DNA of 64,000 nt from Camelus dromedarius (GCF_036321535.1 NC_087436.1:91266001-91330000), one strand, 5' to 3'; shown: positions 38,010-50,860, counted from the stretch's first letter. Translations and numbers: made by a program. Notes: generated by a model from the sequence alone, not told the origin.

Positions 38010-38118
38010 ATTGGGTTTGCAGAAAATGCAGGATATCTGAATTTCAGATAGATTGAATTTCAGATAGATAATAGGTATGTTCTATGAAATCACTTAATTT
38101 TATAAATCTGGTAATGGT
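38010..38118. mobile_element. Degraded MER53-like MITE with an internal 16-bp tandem duplication
   Basis: 'gggtttgcagaaaatgcagga...tgaatttcagataga'; tgaatttcagatagat occurs at 38038-38053 and 38054-38069. Confidence 0.5.
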
Positions 38119-38139
38119 ACGAATCATGGAATTCTTTCA

Positions 38140-38830
38140 TGCCATGCTGAAAAGCCTACATTCACTCTGATGTGTAATAATGCGTTTTTAAACGTTTTGA
38201 ATAGAGCATATGAAAGTTAACGATCCTATGAACGTAGAGAGAGTTATACTGACAACATAAAGAAAATGTGATAAGTTCTAGGAATTTGCAATTGGATTTG
38301 GCAAGTCTCCATAGTTGGCCTTAGCAAGGGTATTTCCAGGGGACAGTGTGGGGTTGAAGGTGGGAGGGTGTAGTAAGATAGATGGCCGAGAGTGAATGAG
38401 AAGTGAGGAATTAAAAGCATTGAGGATGGATGGCTCTTTAAAGATAAAGTGGGGAGACTGAGAGAGAGGAAAAGGAGTAGTTAGAAAGTGGCTTTAAGCC
38501 AAAGGAGGGATTTTGATTCTCATAATAGGAGGAACGTAGGCTTGCTCTTTTTGAAGGAAGGATGTTTGCAGATTGAAGCTCTCAGAGAAATTACATCTGA
38601 TTGATGGACCATGATCCTTGAAGAAATGGAAAACAATGGGTTAAAAACTGTAAGTGGGTTGACTAATTTTAAACAAGAGTAGAGGCATTGCATCCTGAAA
38701 GATGGAGAGAAAAATAGGATAAGAGGTAGATAAGTTTGATTGTTTGGAGACTTGTAGTTCATACCCAGTGATTTCAAATTCTGTTTTAAGTAGGAGACAG
38801 ATTCATTTGCCAGAAATGAAAGCATTTAAA
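38140..38830 (-). mobile_element. L2 fragments
   Basis: 'attggatttggcaag...tggccttagcaagggtatttccagggg...agtgaatgagaagtgaggaa'. Confidence 0.6.
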
Positions 38831-39123
38831 GTTGACTTATGTGAGGATTGTTATAAAGGTCTGGTTTGATTTCTCAGTAGTTTGGATCAATGGAATGATA
38901 GTTTAGATTGGAAGGATTTCCCATGTGACAGAAATAAGTACATTGTCCAAATGTCTTTTTATATTGGAATCTGTTATAACTATGAGTCACCAATTTTCAG
39001 GGCCAATTATCATACTCTACTTTCTAATACTTTCTAATACCCAACTAATAAGGAAATATTGTTTTCTTCTTCATTTGCTTGCTCTAGTGTTTATTGTCTT
39101 CTTGGTTTTAAAAAATAATTTAA

Positions 39124-39250
39124 GGGGGAGGGTATAGCTCAAGTAGTAGAGTGATGCTTAGCATGCACGAGGTCCTGGGTTCAATCCCTAGTACCTCCTC
39201 CAAAAATAAATAAATAAATCTAACTACCTGAAACCCCAAAAAATTAAAAA
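39124..39250 (+). mobile_element. Camelid tRNA-derived SINE (vic-1 type)
   Basis: gggggagggtatagctcaagtagtagag...gcatgcacgaggtcctgggttcaatccctagtacctcc, with A box (39135-39146), B box GGTTCAATCCC (39178-39188), (AAAT)n tail and imperfect TSD aaaaataattt. Confidence 0.88.
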
Positions 39251-40420
39251 TAAAAATAATTTTTAATTAAATTAAAAAATTAAATTGAAAAAATTAAATA
39301 TTGGGAAGCATATGTAGGAAGCACTGAGAGGATTACAGATTATATATTATTTTCTGAATTCTTGAATTATTCAAACTGTTTCAAGCATTCTCTGATCTAT
39401 CTGAAGGCATCTTCCTTTTAGAACACTAATTCCAGAATGTTTCATAAGTGCCAGCTTATTATTCTGCAATCAGTCTTCTACTTGATTTATTGCTTGATAA
39501 GAAAAAAATACTAATTAAGTTGACTTTAGTGCTGGCATATGGTTATTGGAATATTGACATTTTAACACCAATTAGACTACACTCTTAATCTCATTTTGTT
39601 AATAGTCTCCTTTATCACTTTATTGAATTATGAGAATAATCTTATATTTCTTTTATACTGATATCTTAATAATAATTCTTTTCTTCCAAAGAAAATGAAA
39701 GAGAAAAATCCCCATATGTGCTATGAAAGCTGTAACACATATAAAAACTTACATGCATGTTAACCCAGACTCTATGCATATCATTAACTAAGTGTAAGAG
39801 TTTGTTATTTTTCTGTCATATTATTTTCTGAGGTTTCCAAACAGAAACAGAAACACACATTTTGATAGCTGCCAATCTTAGCCTCTTTTGAGTATTATTT
39901 TGAGTATGATATATCCCACATTTTTCAGTCTTAGTACAGTGACATTAATGTTTTATATATTTTTAAATATTCTAAAGACTCTTAGACTCATTTCATTTCC
40001 CTACTCCCTTTTCTTCCCCAGAAACCCAGCTGGCTCTTTTATTCTCTATTCTCATTATCCTCACCCACAACACTCCTTTTTGGACATGTTTTATAGAGTT
40101 TTGAAGCCATAAATTCAAAAGTTTGCACTTTTTTTTTTTTGCTACTTTTTAGCAATTGCTGGAGGAAAGAAGGACAGGTTAGATATGTTTATTTTACTCT
40201 AAGAAAATCTGCAAAAAAATACGCGTAGTTAAAATGTTTTCTGCAATCAAATTTCAGAATCACAAGAAAATATGAAAAATCAGTCTCTATAAATATCTTT
40301 GTGTTTGAATATGGAGAGGAAGCCTAAGGAAGAGGAAGCTTGAACCTGTTCAGAGTATTGAGAACAGAAGTGCTGATAATAGAATATGGACATTTTGCTT
40401 AAATTAATGTCTCCTGGTAA

Positions 40421-40849
40421 CAGGATTGTAAGATTTAGCAAATAAAAATACAGACTGCCCTTATATAACAAAAAACAAGCAAACTCACAGATATAGAGCA
40501 CAAACTAGAGGTTACCTGCGGAGGAGGGAATGGGGAAGGGGCATAGCAGGGGTAGGGGCGTAAGAAGTACAGACTATTAGGTATAAAATAAGTTACAAAG
40601 GTATACTGTACAACTTGAGGAATATAGCCAGTATTATATAGTAACTATAAATGGAGCATAGCCTTTAAAAATTGTATCACTATGTTGTACACCTGTAACT
40701 TCTATAATATTGTACTGCAACTATATTTCAATTATATAATACAGATTGTCCAGTCAAATTTGAATTCCAGATAACGATAGTGAATGACTTACAGTATACA
40801 TATGTCCCAAATATTGCATGGGCATCTTGTGTTTTATCTGGCAGCTCTA
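40421..40849. mobile_element. MER53 hAT MITE interrupted by an L1
   Basis: 'caggattgtaagatttagcaaataaaaatacag' ... 'cagtcaaatttgaattccagataa...tatgtcccaaatattgcatggg...ttttatctggcagctcta'; candidate 8-bp TSD cctggtaa / cctgggag. Confidence 0.8.
40461..40737 (+). mobile_element. L1 3' end (laurasiatherian type), 5'-truncated, with G-rich tract
   Basis: 'actcacagatatagagcacaaactagaggttacc...ggtataaaataag...tgtacacctgtaact...caactatatttcaat'; TSD aatacagactgccc (40447-40460) / aatacagattgtcc (40738-40751). Confidence 0.9.
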
Positions 40850-41109
40850 CCTGGGAGTAGTCAGAATGTAGGGGATCAAAGGGCCATAGAGCTAAGCCAT
40901 CTTCTGAGGTCCACTGTTGAAAGTCTAGAGGAGTGAAAGCAGACTCTTTGGGAGCCAGACGCATAGTAGACAAGCATCCTGTAGATGGCAAGTGATGGTG
41001 ACCTGTGAGAAGGGACTCAGGAGGATGAAAGGAGATAATGGACAGGAGTGTTTCTGCCACCAGCCATTTTATTCTTTTCCTATTCTTTTGCTGTCTAATG
41101 ACAGGGCAG

Positions 41110-41280
41110 CCATGTGGCTTTAGAAATTGACAGGTTTAGGTTTTAATCCTGGCATTGTCACTTCTTACAGGTGGATGGTTCTTAGTCAGGTTCATGAACA
41201 ACCCTGACTCACATTTGTCCCAGCTTGTAAAAATGAAAAGTTTGTTGTGAAGACTAAATAAATGATTTCTTAAATCACTC
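41110..41280 (+). mobile_element. MIR SINE
   Basis: 'ggctttagaaattgacaggtttaggttttaatcctggcattgtcactt...ttgtaaaaatga'. Confidence 0.6.
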
Positions 41281-41689
41281 AAATCAGAGTGTGTTGGCCA
41301 TCCCAGGCCATTCCAAAAAAAGACCAATGACTGGAATCCAGAAGGGCTGCTTGCCCAGGCCTCACATTTATGAAGACCCCTGCATTAGGACTTTGGGAAT
41401 TATCTCTGAAAGATTTTATACATATAGTCTCAGAGGTAGAGGAATTCATGGAAGATATTTGTCTCACAACTGTAAACTCAGGCACTGAGTAATGAACCAT
41501 AAATTGGTAACTTTTATTACTACTGGAATTATCCTGTATATATAAAAGTCATAACCATCCTTGACGTAGCAAGAGGATCAGCTTGTCAGAACACATGGCT
41601 ACATGGGTTTTCATTTATTAAATGTAAAATGACAGCACAGATTTTTAACTGCTGTTTTAATATCTCTCAAATTTTTTTAAATATATATA

Positions 41690-41818
41690 TTTTTAATTTT
41701 GGGAGAGGTAATTAGGTTTGTTTGTTTGTTTGTTTATTTAACTGAAGTACTGCAGACTGAACCCAGGACCTCGTGCATGTTACTAAGCACATGCTTTATC
41801 ACTGCTATACCCTCCCCC
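41690..41818 (-). mobile_element. Camelid tRNA-derived SINE (vic-1 type), more diverged copy
   Basis: 'gaggtaattaggtttgtttg...tgaacccaggacctcgtgcatg...ctataccctccccc' is the reverse complement of the same family as 39124. Confidence 0.85.
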
Positions 41819-41999
41819 TATAACTCTCCAGTTTTTACATGGCTGGAACCTACACACAAAAAATTTGCTCTTCTTGACTTTAAAATCATCAGTTCCCTTC
41901 CATATTCTCTGTTTATCCATTGCCCTGTGGCTTTCTGTCTTTGTGGTTCAATTAAGTCTGTATAATCTTTCTCTCTCTCTAAAATAGCTCTTTTTTCAC

Positions 42000-42185
42000 T
42001 CACCTGCTGGTCAGGTGACTTTGGTTAAGTTACTTAACTGCTCTGTGCTTTGGCATCCACTTATGAAAAAATGGAGGTGTCAGGAGAAGGCGAGAATTGA
42101 ACTTACCACATAGGTTGATATGAGGATTAAATAGTGTAATACAGTTAAAACATTTAAAGCAGTACCTTGTGCATAGTAAGCCCTT
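42000..42185 (+). mobile_element. MIR SINE
   Basis: 'gtgactttggttaagttacttaactgctctgtgc...tgaggattaaat...gcagtaccttgtgcatagtaagc'. Confidence 0.8.
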
Positions 42186-42769
42186 GTATTAAATCCGGAT
42201 TTTGCTTCACAAGCAAATTAGCCTTGTACTCTGCATCCTCTGCACACAGGGTAGTCAGTGGTCCAGAGATCAGCAGCTGAAGTGAATCTGAAAGGCAGCG
42301 TGAGATTCAGTCAAGGCACTGACCGATGCACAGAGTAACAGTGACATCCCACTGGAGGGAAACCTACCCCTAGGGTCATAAAAGCTTAACCGAGGGTCAG
42401 AGTCCAGCCTGTGCATTCATTAGAGGCATAAAAAGAAGGCAGGTACCTTATGCTCTCTCTTTTGTATAACTGAGAAACAGTTTCATAACCAGGTTAATTT
42501 TTGTGGGCTGGACTATCTAGGCTTCTCCGTTTAGAGGTTTGGTTACATTTTACTAGAGATCTGATTAACTCAACCTGCCATTCAAGGGACAAGTCCCTTG
42601 GTGGCTCTCACCTGTGATTCCTGTCTCCTTTACTGAACTGAGAATTCAATCCTATACAAGTTACTTATTTGCTTTTGTATAGGTGGAGTTTTTTAAAGAA
42701 GAAAAGATTACATAATAGCATTTACTTTCTATACTGCCCTGTGCATATAGCATGTACTCCTTCAGTATT

Positions 42770-42920
42770 TCTTGAATTAGTTTTGGAACCAGGCTACCTG
42801 TGTCCAAAATCTGACTCTACCATTTATTTAGCTGTTAGAACTTTTAGAAGTTGCTTAATTGTTCTATGTTACAATTTAATTTTCTGAAATGAGATAATCA
42901 TAGAGATTTGAGCAAGGACT
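42770..42920 (+). mobile_element. MIR fragment
   Basis: 'tttggaaccaggctacctgtgtccaaaatctgactctaccatttattagctgt'. Confidence 0.65.
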
Positions 42921-44659
42921 AAAGTGTGTGTGTATTTAAATGTATACACACACATGCTCATTTCATTAATAACATGCATATATACATCTTGATTTATTTA
43001 TTGCTATCATATTAGATACAACCTCCTAATTTTCCTTTAGAATTGATATAACATTTACAGGATAAATCTACTTTTCAGCTACTTACAACCCTACATATTT
43101 TTGACCTTTGGTGAGAGGCACCAGTGTTATAAAATGAATGGTTTTCTTTTTTCCTGGCTAAAAAGAGAAAATGCACGTAAAACTCATAACCAGTGCTTGG
43201 CACCTAGCCTAGCAGAAAGTAGCTGAAGTGTAGATTGGGGATTTTGTAATTGGCAAAATGAGAACAAGGCAACAGCGAGCTTAGAAATGAGGGAGGGGAA
43301 GAGTTGGTTTGGTAGACACTACAGGAAAATTAAGTGTGGGTTTTGACCTCAAGAGAGATTGTTCTGCCTGAGATCATGGAGAAGGGAGCAAGGAGTGAGG
43401 ACCTTGTTGCTTGTCTTCCTCTGAACACCTTCAGATAGGTCAGTTTTGCAAAATAACAGAAATCTCTGTTTATTTCACTACAGTTACATGGCAGCCTTGG
43501 AGGTGCTGCAGACTGCACCTCCCTAGATACGTTATTGTGACCACAGCCAGATTGTAATAATGTCAGTCTTAAACATGTTTTAAACGCTGCTGTAGGGGAT
43601 GTCTTTTACTCAGGGCTCCTGGAGATGCTGGATTCCTTTGACAGTCCTTGGAAGGACAACAGAATCATTCATGAACACAAACTAGAATAAAAATCTTGAG
43701 GCTGATAGTAATTCTGATTCATGGATTAGGTTAAAGACATACATTAAAAATATGCCAGGAGCAATACGAGATGGTGATGAAAGCGAGTGTGGGGCTGCAC
43801 GACCTGCCGCTGGCAATCACCAACTCTCACATCTCTCTTTAATCTCTAACAAGCGAAGGGATAGAAAGAGGAGCTGGCAGCATCTAGAGGATAAAACAAA
43901 TGTGAACAGTGAAGACTGTGGGTCTCTTAAAAGCCAATCATGCAAAACTCACCTGATGGCTTTTTTGGTGGACGGACACCATTTCTGGCTGCCAAGAAGG
44001 CAATGGTTGTATCTCAGTTTTCAGTAAATCATCTGTTCGTGTCTCAGGCTGTTTTACAAATTGATATAAGTGGGCTTCAAAGTGAACCTGCTTCACATCA
44101 TAGAGACTGGCAGTGGGGTCAAGATAAATGGCCCCATGGGAAGTTCCAGTGGTTTCTGCAGGAGTTAGTATCTGGTCGCATCTCCAATGTCTTTCTTAAG
44201 AACTCTACATGGGGATGTAATTGACATTAAATGGGAAGGAGAGTTTACCAGATCTTTACATGAAAACCCTCTAGACCAAGAGAAACCAGATAGCAAGGTT
44301 AGAGGCCAAACTGCTTAGGAAAACTCTGAGAGAGGAAAATGCAAGCCAATCTGAAGGACCAGAAACACATCTCATGGTGGGAGAAGCCCGAGTGTAAGTG
44401 AAACCAGAGAGGTAGAGATAAGCAGTAAATTAAAAATGATCAATGTCTTTCAATTAAATTCCAGTTGGCAAAGCTGTATTCCCCTTGACAAAATATCCCC
44501 AGAGTGTTAAATGGACAGAGTATTTTTGTTGTTGTTATTTCATACCCAGATGGCTGCAGACTCAAGTGGCAAAGAGATTAATAAACTGCCACCACCCACA
44601 CCATCCGATATAAGGAACCCATAGACCAGACAATGAGTCCTTCCCCGGCACCAGTCCTG

Positions 44660-44860
44660 TGAATAATTGTGGTAGGCACTGTTTTTCAGACTTCTCATAC
44701 ACTACCTCATTTCATCCGCATGATAACACTGTGTGACATACGCCACTATTGCCTTCACATTACTGAGGAAACAGGCACAGAGAGATGAAGTAACTTGCAT
44801 GTGCACACACAGCAAATGAGGAAGCTGGAATTTAAGGCCAGCCTTCTGACTTTAGATGCT
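44660..44860 (-). mobile_element. MIR SINE
   Basis: 'cctcatttcatcc...tgaggaaacaggcacagagagatgaagtaacttgc'. Confidence 0.8.
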
Positions 44861-45104
44861 GTGGTCTGTTCTGTTTTTTTTTTTTTTTAACTCATATTTA
44901 TTACTGTTCATGTGTTTACTTAGCTGAATCAGCTTAACACATTGCTGAGAATATAGCAGCTGTTAAACACATGTTAGCTGAAAGATTGAGGACCAAGGGC
45001 CTGCTTCCGAAAGTAGCATATAAGCAGCCCAAAGACTTTAAATATTTAATATCCCAAGCATATTTAAAAAATTTTTAATTTATTTAAGCTTAAAAAAAAT
45101 GTTT

Positions 45105-46097
45105 ACTCATTTCTTCAGCTCCCAATCCCCTACCTCTGGCAACCACCAGTCTGTTCTCCGTATCTATGAGCTTGTTTTTTGTTTGTTTTTTTTATTTTTT
45201 TGCTTTTAGATTCCACGTATAAGAGAGATCATACTGTATTTGTCTTTATCCATCTTATTTCACTAAGCATAATGCCCTCAAGATCTCTCCATGTTGTTGC
45301 AAATGGCAAGATTTCATTCTTTTTTATGGCTGATTAATATTTCATTGTGTGTGTGTGTATGTGTATATATATCATATCTTCTTTATCCATTCATCCATTG
45401 ATGGATGCTTAGTGGACACAGGTTGTTTTCATGTCTTGGCTATTGTAAATAATGCTGCAATGAATATGGGGGTGCATGTATTTTTTTCAAGTTAATATTT
45501 TCGTTTTCTTTGGATAAATACCCAGAAGTAGAATTGCTAGATCATATGGTAGTTCATTTTTTAATTTTTTGAGGAATGTCAATGCTGCTTTCCATAGTGG
45601 CTGCACCAATTTATATTCCCATCAACAGTGCTTAAGGATTCCCTTTCTCCCACCTCCTTGCCAACATTTGTTATTATTGTCTTTTTGATAATAGCCACTC
45701 TTAACAGGAGTGAGGTGATATCTCATTGTAGTTTTGATTTTCATTTCTCTGATAATTAATAATGCAGAGCATCTTTTCATGTACCTATTGGCCATTTGGA
45801 AAACTGTCTATTCAGATCTTCTGCCTATTTTAAAATCGGGCATTATTTTTTCTATTGAGTTGTTTGAATTCTTTATATATTTTTTGATATTAGCCACTTC
45901 TCAGATACAAGATTTGCAAATAATTTCTCCCAATTTGTAGGTTGTCTTTTCATTTTGTGGATGGTTGTCTTTGCTGCACAGAAGCTTTTTAATTTTGATG
46001 CAGTCCCACTTGTTTATTTCTGCACTTGTTGCTTTTGGTATCAGATTAAAAAAAAAAAATCAAAGGCAAGACTGATATGAAGGAGTTACTGCCTATG
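45105..46097 (-). mobile_element. L1 (L1MA9-like) 3' end with ORF2 C-terminus
   Basis: 'ctctggcaaccaccagtctgttctc...tagattccacgtataag...gagcatcttttcatgtacctattggcc...gcacagaagctttttaattttgatgcagtcccac'. Confidence 0.92.
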
Positions 46098-46914
46098 AAC
46101 ACTGAGGCTTTGTTCTTAATCCCAACATTTCTGGCTTTGGAAGAGTAGGATGTAGCTTCAGAGTCCACAACAACATCAAAATCCTCTCTGAAATTTCACA
46201 GCATAAGGATTGCCTATGATCATCTTGGATTTGAATCATACTTTAGATTTTTCCAAGACATGAGACCACATTATTTTTGTAATCCTCCCCAGTGAAAAGG
46301 ACAGAGCAGAGCGTATTTCCCTCAGTCACAAAGATGTTCAGGTTGTTTAAATTTACTCCTGCACATGACTCACGATCTGTGGAATGAACTAGAACCCAAG
46401 TGCTCTTTTTTTTCTCCACAAAGCAATCAGCTTCTCCTGTTCTGCTTCCAAGCATTTTATGGTCTTCTTTTATAAATCAAAGCTAATACAAGACGCGAAT
46501 GTGCAACATTTATTTTAGGATCAACATATAATTTTACAAAATTCACTGGAGTATCTCAATAGTTAAGATAATATGTAATACTGCTACCATTTATATGAGT
46601 TATATAGATTTTAAAAATGGCATAATCATGTGATTAAGAAAGAAATAATTTCACTGTATCACAGCAGAGACAATTTTTTAAAGAACTCTATGCCATTAAA
46701 ATGAAATAAACTTATTTCTAAAGAAACAAAAACTAACTACTAAAATCTAATGTAGAAATCAATTTATTTTTTCAATATGGCATATTTTCTTGAGATACAC
46801 TAAGATCTTATCTACTAAGATCCATATAATCTATTGAATCATTAACTCTGCATTTATACAGATGATATATTAACTCAGGGGTGACCTTTTTTTAATTAAT
46901 TTGCATTCATTATT

Positions 46915-47520
46915 TTATTTATTAATTCAACACATAATTATTAAGACCCTGCTATTCTATTTTAAATGATAGGTGGCCAGATTACACATGGGCTTTACCT
47001 TCATGAAACTACAGATTGGATTGAAATAGTTCATCAGTCAAATAATCCCATCAATAAATAAAACATCACTACTGGGATAAGTCAAGAGAGACAGAGAGGC
47101 AGAGAATGAGAACAGCTGAAACCATGAGAGTGTATAACAATATCAGTAACCTAAGCTAGAAGGTCAAGGAAGCTTTCCTGAAGAAGAGAAGCTTAAACTA
47201 AAATAAGGAACATGAATAGCAGTTAACTAGGATAAGAATGGGAAGAACATTCCAAGTAGAGCTAACGGCATACACAAAGGTCCTGTGGCAGGAGGGAGCA
47301 TGTTGGGTTTGAAGACTAGAGAATCTGGAGCGTGGAGGAGATTATAGTATTAGATGAATTGTGAGAGGAAGAAGAGATCAGAGCTCTGATCTTGTCTGAG
47401 ATTTCAGACTTCACCTTGAGAGCAATGGAAGACATTGGAGGGTTTCTGTTTTGTTGTTTGTGTTATTTTGAATAAGATGTTTGGAAAAGTAAGAGTGACA
47501 GAAGCAGATCTGGGTGTTGT
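46915..47520 (-). mobile_element. L2 3' end
   Basis: 'ttcaacacataattattaag...ggtcaaggaagctttcctgaag...caaaggtcctgtggcagg...gcaatggaagacattggagggttt'. Confidence 0.8.
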
Positions 47521-48724
47521 GTACACACAACTGAAAACTGAAATGTGGACCTCAGCTGTTTCATTGGTTTCTGCATAATCTCTCAGCAGTGCTTCTCCCC
47601 TCCAACACCTGAGATTTATTTAATGAGTCATCGTGGTCTTATGATGTGCCTACTCAAACTGAGTGGGCAGATTAAAAGTCTTACAAAGTGTGATATGCTC
47701 AGGGTTAAACAGAGAATCAGGACAGGAAGATTTCTTATATTATTTAATTCTTCAAGATAGTAGTGGCTGGGCTTCTTTACAGGGCAGAGTAATGGAGACC
47801 ATGCCTTTTATTTTCCTCCAAAATTGCAAACCAGCTAAAATGATATACTAGACAGATGGAGATCAAAATGTTTGCTTTGCTATGGGTTAATCTGAATCAG
47901 AGAATACAACTTAAATCCAGGTCACAACTGGTCTTCCTCATAGTGTTCCATGAATTAAGTTTACTCACCCATAACTATAGGCCCACTCCATCCCATCAAA
48001 TCCCCTTCCACCTCCCCAACAGCAACCTGTAGGGTCAGATTCTATTCTGATAAACTCAATCTACAGAACTCTGTGTATCATGAAGAGGACAATGGAAAGA
48101 AAGAGAAAGGGAAAAAGGGGGAGACTCTAGAATTATTCACCTGTCAGATACCACTCTTCCTTCCCTGGGAAAGAGTGAGAAGATATGAAAAAAGAGGTGT
48201 AGAGGATTTCTCTTAAGAGTGTAATGGAAATTTCTTTCCTCTTATAGAAACAAGAAATGGTAAATATATATCCACCCTCCTCCATAGCTATTTAACTATA
48301 TTTTCATTTTTCTTTGTTTTATTTTGTTTCTTCATTATCTTCTAAAAGATCTGGTCCTTTCAACTCATCTTCTATGTAGACATACATACTTAACAGTGTT
48401 TATATTTCAGGCAAATTTAAACGCAGTATCCTAGGTGGAGAAGAGTGATTGCTTTTTATCTTTGTATATATATAGCTTCAAAATTGCATGTTTTCACACA
48501 TAAGAATTTAATACAATCAACTCACAGTTATTAAAACCTCTAAAAGGGATGGGAAGAAATAAATATTTCTTCCAAAACAGAACTTGTTTTAAAGTGATCC
48601 ACTTGGTTTCAAAATGAACTCCTTATCTTCCCCTTCTCCATCCCTTTTTGTGAGTCAGTTCCCAACCACTGTCCACGCTGTAGTCAGAAACCGTGGAACC
48701 TACCTGGACTCCTACGTGTACCTC

Positions 48725-49161
48725 ACGCTGCAGACTCCTGGAGGCTGCCCTTTCTGTACTGCATCAATCATGCTCACTTGCGCTCTAGCTTCAGATAGGG
48801 TTCGGGCAGTGGGAGGCACCGCAGGATATTGGGAGCACAGGAGAATAATGAGGCTGGGGTATTGATTCCCTGGGCTCCCTTTTTCATGGTTGCAGGTGGC
48901 AGTGGCTGAGTTCCTGGATCTGGGGCCAGAGCCCCTGCTGGGCAGCTCTCAGCTCAGCTGGAGTCACTCTTTCCAGGTTGGGATAGTTGTGTTCTTCAGT
49001 TCTGGAGACACAGTAAAGATTCCTGTGTATTCCTAGCCCAACGGTGCTTTAGCATCTCTTGTCGGGTCCCCTTTATCCCCACTCACCCTTTGTCCTTCCT
49101 TAACTTCTGCTCCATCAACATCTGTGAGTGCTGTTTTCCTGCCATGACCTTGACTGGTACA
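48725..49161 (+). mobile_element. ERVL solo LTR (LTR33-like)
   Basis: 'ctctagcttcagatagggttcgggcagtgggaggcaccgcagga...ggggtattgattccc' and end 'ttcctgccatgaccttgactggtaca'. Confidence 0.75.
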
Positions 49162-49489
49162 GGAAGTCATTGTAATAAAGGTGATGAACTGTGTAAAATC
49201 AAAGCCTAGAATCCTTAGGGCATTATGGTATGTTTTGGGGGAGAATTGATGAGTCAGAATCTCTGGATAAACACAGAGGGTGCCCCACAGTTGAGAGATG
49301 TTATGCTATTATTTCTCTACTAAACTCTGTGTACTACTTAAAATAACATAATCAGGAGTAAAATACTAAAGTAAAACAATTTTATTGGTAGACTGAGAGC
49401 TATTTGCTCCATTCCCTGCTTAGAGATCAGATTTCACCCAAACTATTCTTGATTTATCCTAGCTTAATGACATCCAAAAAAAGTATCAT

Positions 49490-49670
49490 GGCAAGTATGG
49501 ATTTAAATCTCAATTTTTACTTGCTGGGTGACTTTGGACTAGTCATTTAACTCTTCTGAGTCTCACATTTCTCATGTACAAAAGGTTTTGAGGGTTGAAT
49601 GAGATGTTATATGTACAAAACTTGGCACACTGCTTGACAAGTTTTAAGTGCTTAATCATTTTTCCGTTAT
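49490..49670 (+). mobile_element. MIR SINE
   Basis: 'gtgactttggactagtcatttaactcttctgagtctcacatttctcatgtacaaaa'. Confidence 0.75.
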
Positions 49671-50611
49671 TTTTACCAACGTATCATTATCATCAATATC
49701 ATCATCGCTCAACGTGGTTGCTGTCGATTCATGTTTTGATTGGATGATTTTGTGATCTTGATTTGTTATTAGAGTTGGACCACAACCAGACATCACTTTC
49801 TGCCTAACAATTCTTCATACATTCTGTTTAATATTTACACTGTTGTTCAGGGCTGAGTTCATCGGCCAATCCTGCCATTAAAGGAAATGTTAATGAGAAC
49901 TGAGCCGGAGTCTGCCTGTTCTAGAATTTTACTTTTTTTTCCCCCCCTGGAGAAGAGTGATAATTTCAGAAGTGAAGCCTTCACTTTTGTTAGGCCCATA
50001 GCGATGTAAAGGCCCTAAGGGTACACACTGTATCTGCAGTCTTCCCTGCTATTTCCCAGCAGGGCCTGGACTGCAGTGATCTCTTATGTGCTCATTGACA
50101 AAAGGAGGTGGGGCGGGTGGGCAGGAGGAGGGGCTTTCTGTTCTGCTGTGTCTCTCTGACGGTCCAGGCAGAGAGACGTAGTGCAAACCTTGACCAGTGC
50201 TGGACTCCCCTTCTAAATTGGCACTTATGAATAATACTAGAGAAAAAGAAATAGGATAGCTACAACTTTCCTCCATTCATCCTAAGAAGCCTTCTCTCCA
50301 ACCCTCTCATTTGATACCCATCTACCAAAAAACACCTACCGAGACCACCCTTGCTGTCATCTTCAGAACTCTCATGGGGCTCAGCTTTTACTACTTCATC
50401 AAACGGGGAGAGCTTTGTCCTGAAGGGGTTTTCTCCACCCTCTAGTCCATTGGAGCCTCGTATTGGCTCCTGTCATGTGCTCATGCCTAAACGCAAATCA
50501 CACTTGAGTTTGATCATTTTCTATATCCTGTATAAGCTCCCTAAGAATAGAAACCATGCCTGTTGTAGGTCACAGACAACTCTGTCTTATCTCAATTGCC
50601 CAGCATCACTT

Positions 50612-50860
50612 TCCTAATCTGTAAAATTCAGATAATGACAAGAGTAACTCTAGCACGGGTTGTTTTGAGGATTGAATAATAATTATACACAAGAGACTTA
50701 AAGCTGTGCCTGACACATGCTAAATATGCATAATTGTTAGCTTTATTATTAAATTATTTAATCTTATAATACTGGTAGTAAGTATTTTAAGCCTCATTTT
50801 ACAGAAGAAAAAACGGAGGCACAAAGAGGTTAAGCAATTTCCTGTAAGTGGTGTAGCTAG
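50612..50860. mobile_element. Two MIR fragments tail-to-tail (+ ~50612-50750, - ~50755-50860)
   Basis: 'tttcctaatctgtaaaat...gggttgttttgaggatt...tgtgcctgacacat' then 'ctcattttacagaagaaaaaacggaggcacaaagaggttaagcaattt'. Confidence 0.7.

Noticed and set aside
39124..39200. tRNA-like sequence with A and B boxes
   Set aside because: It is the head of a SINE with an (AAAT)n tail and TSD, not a tRNA gene.
43499..43522. 8-bp GC-rich hairpin ggaggtgc/gcacctcc (similar small hairpins at 3130-3150 and 7491-7510)
   Set aside because: Stems of 8 bp are expected by chance in 64 kb.
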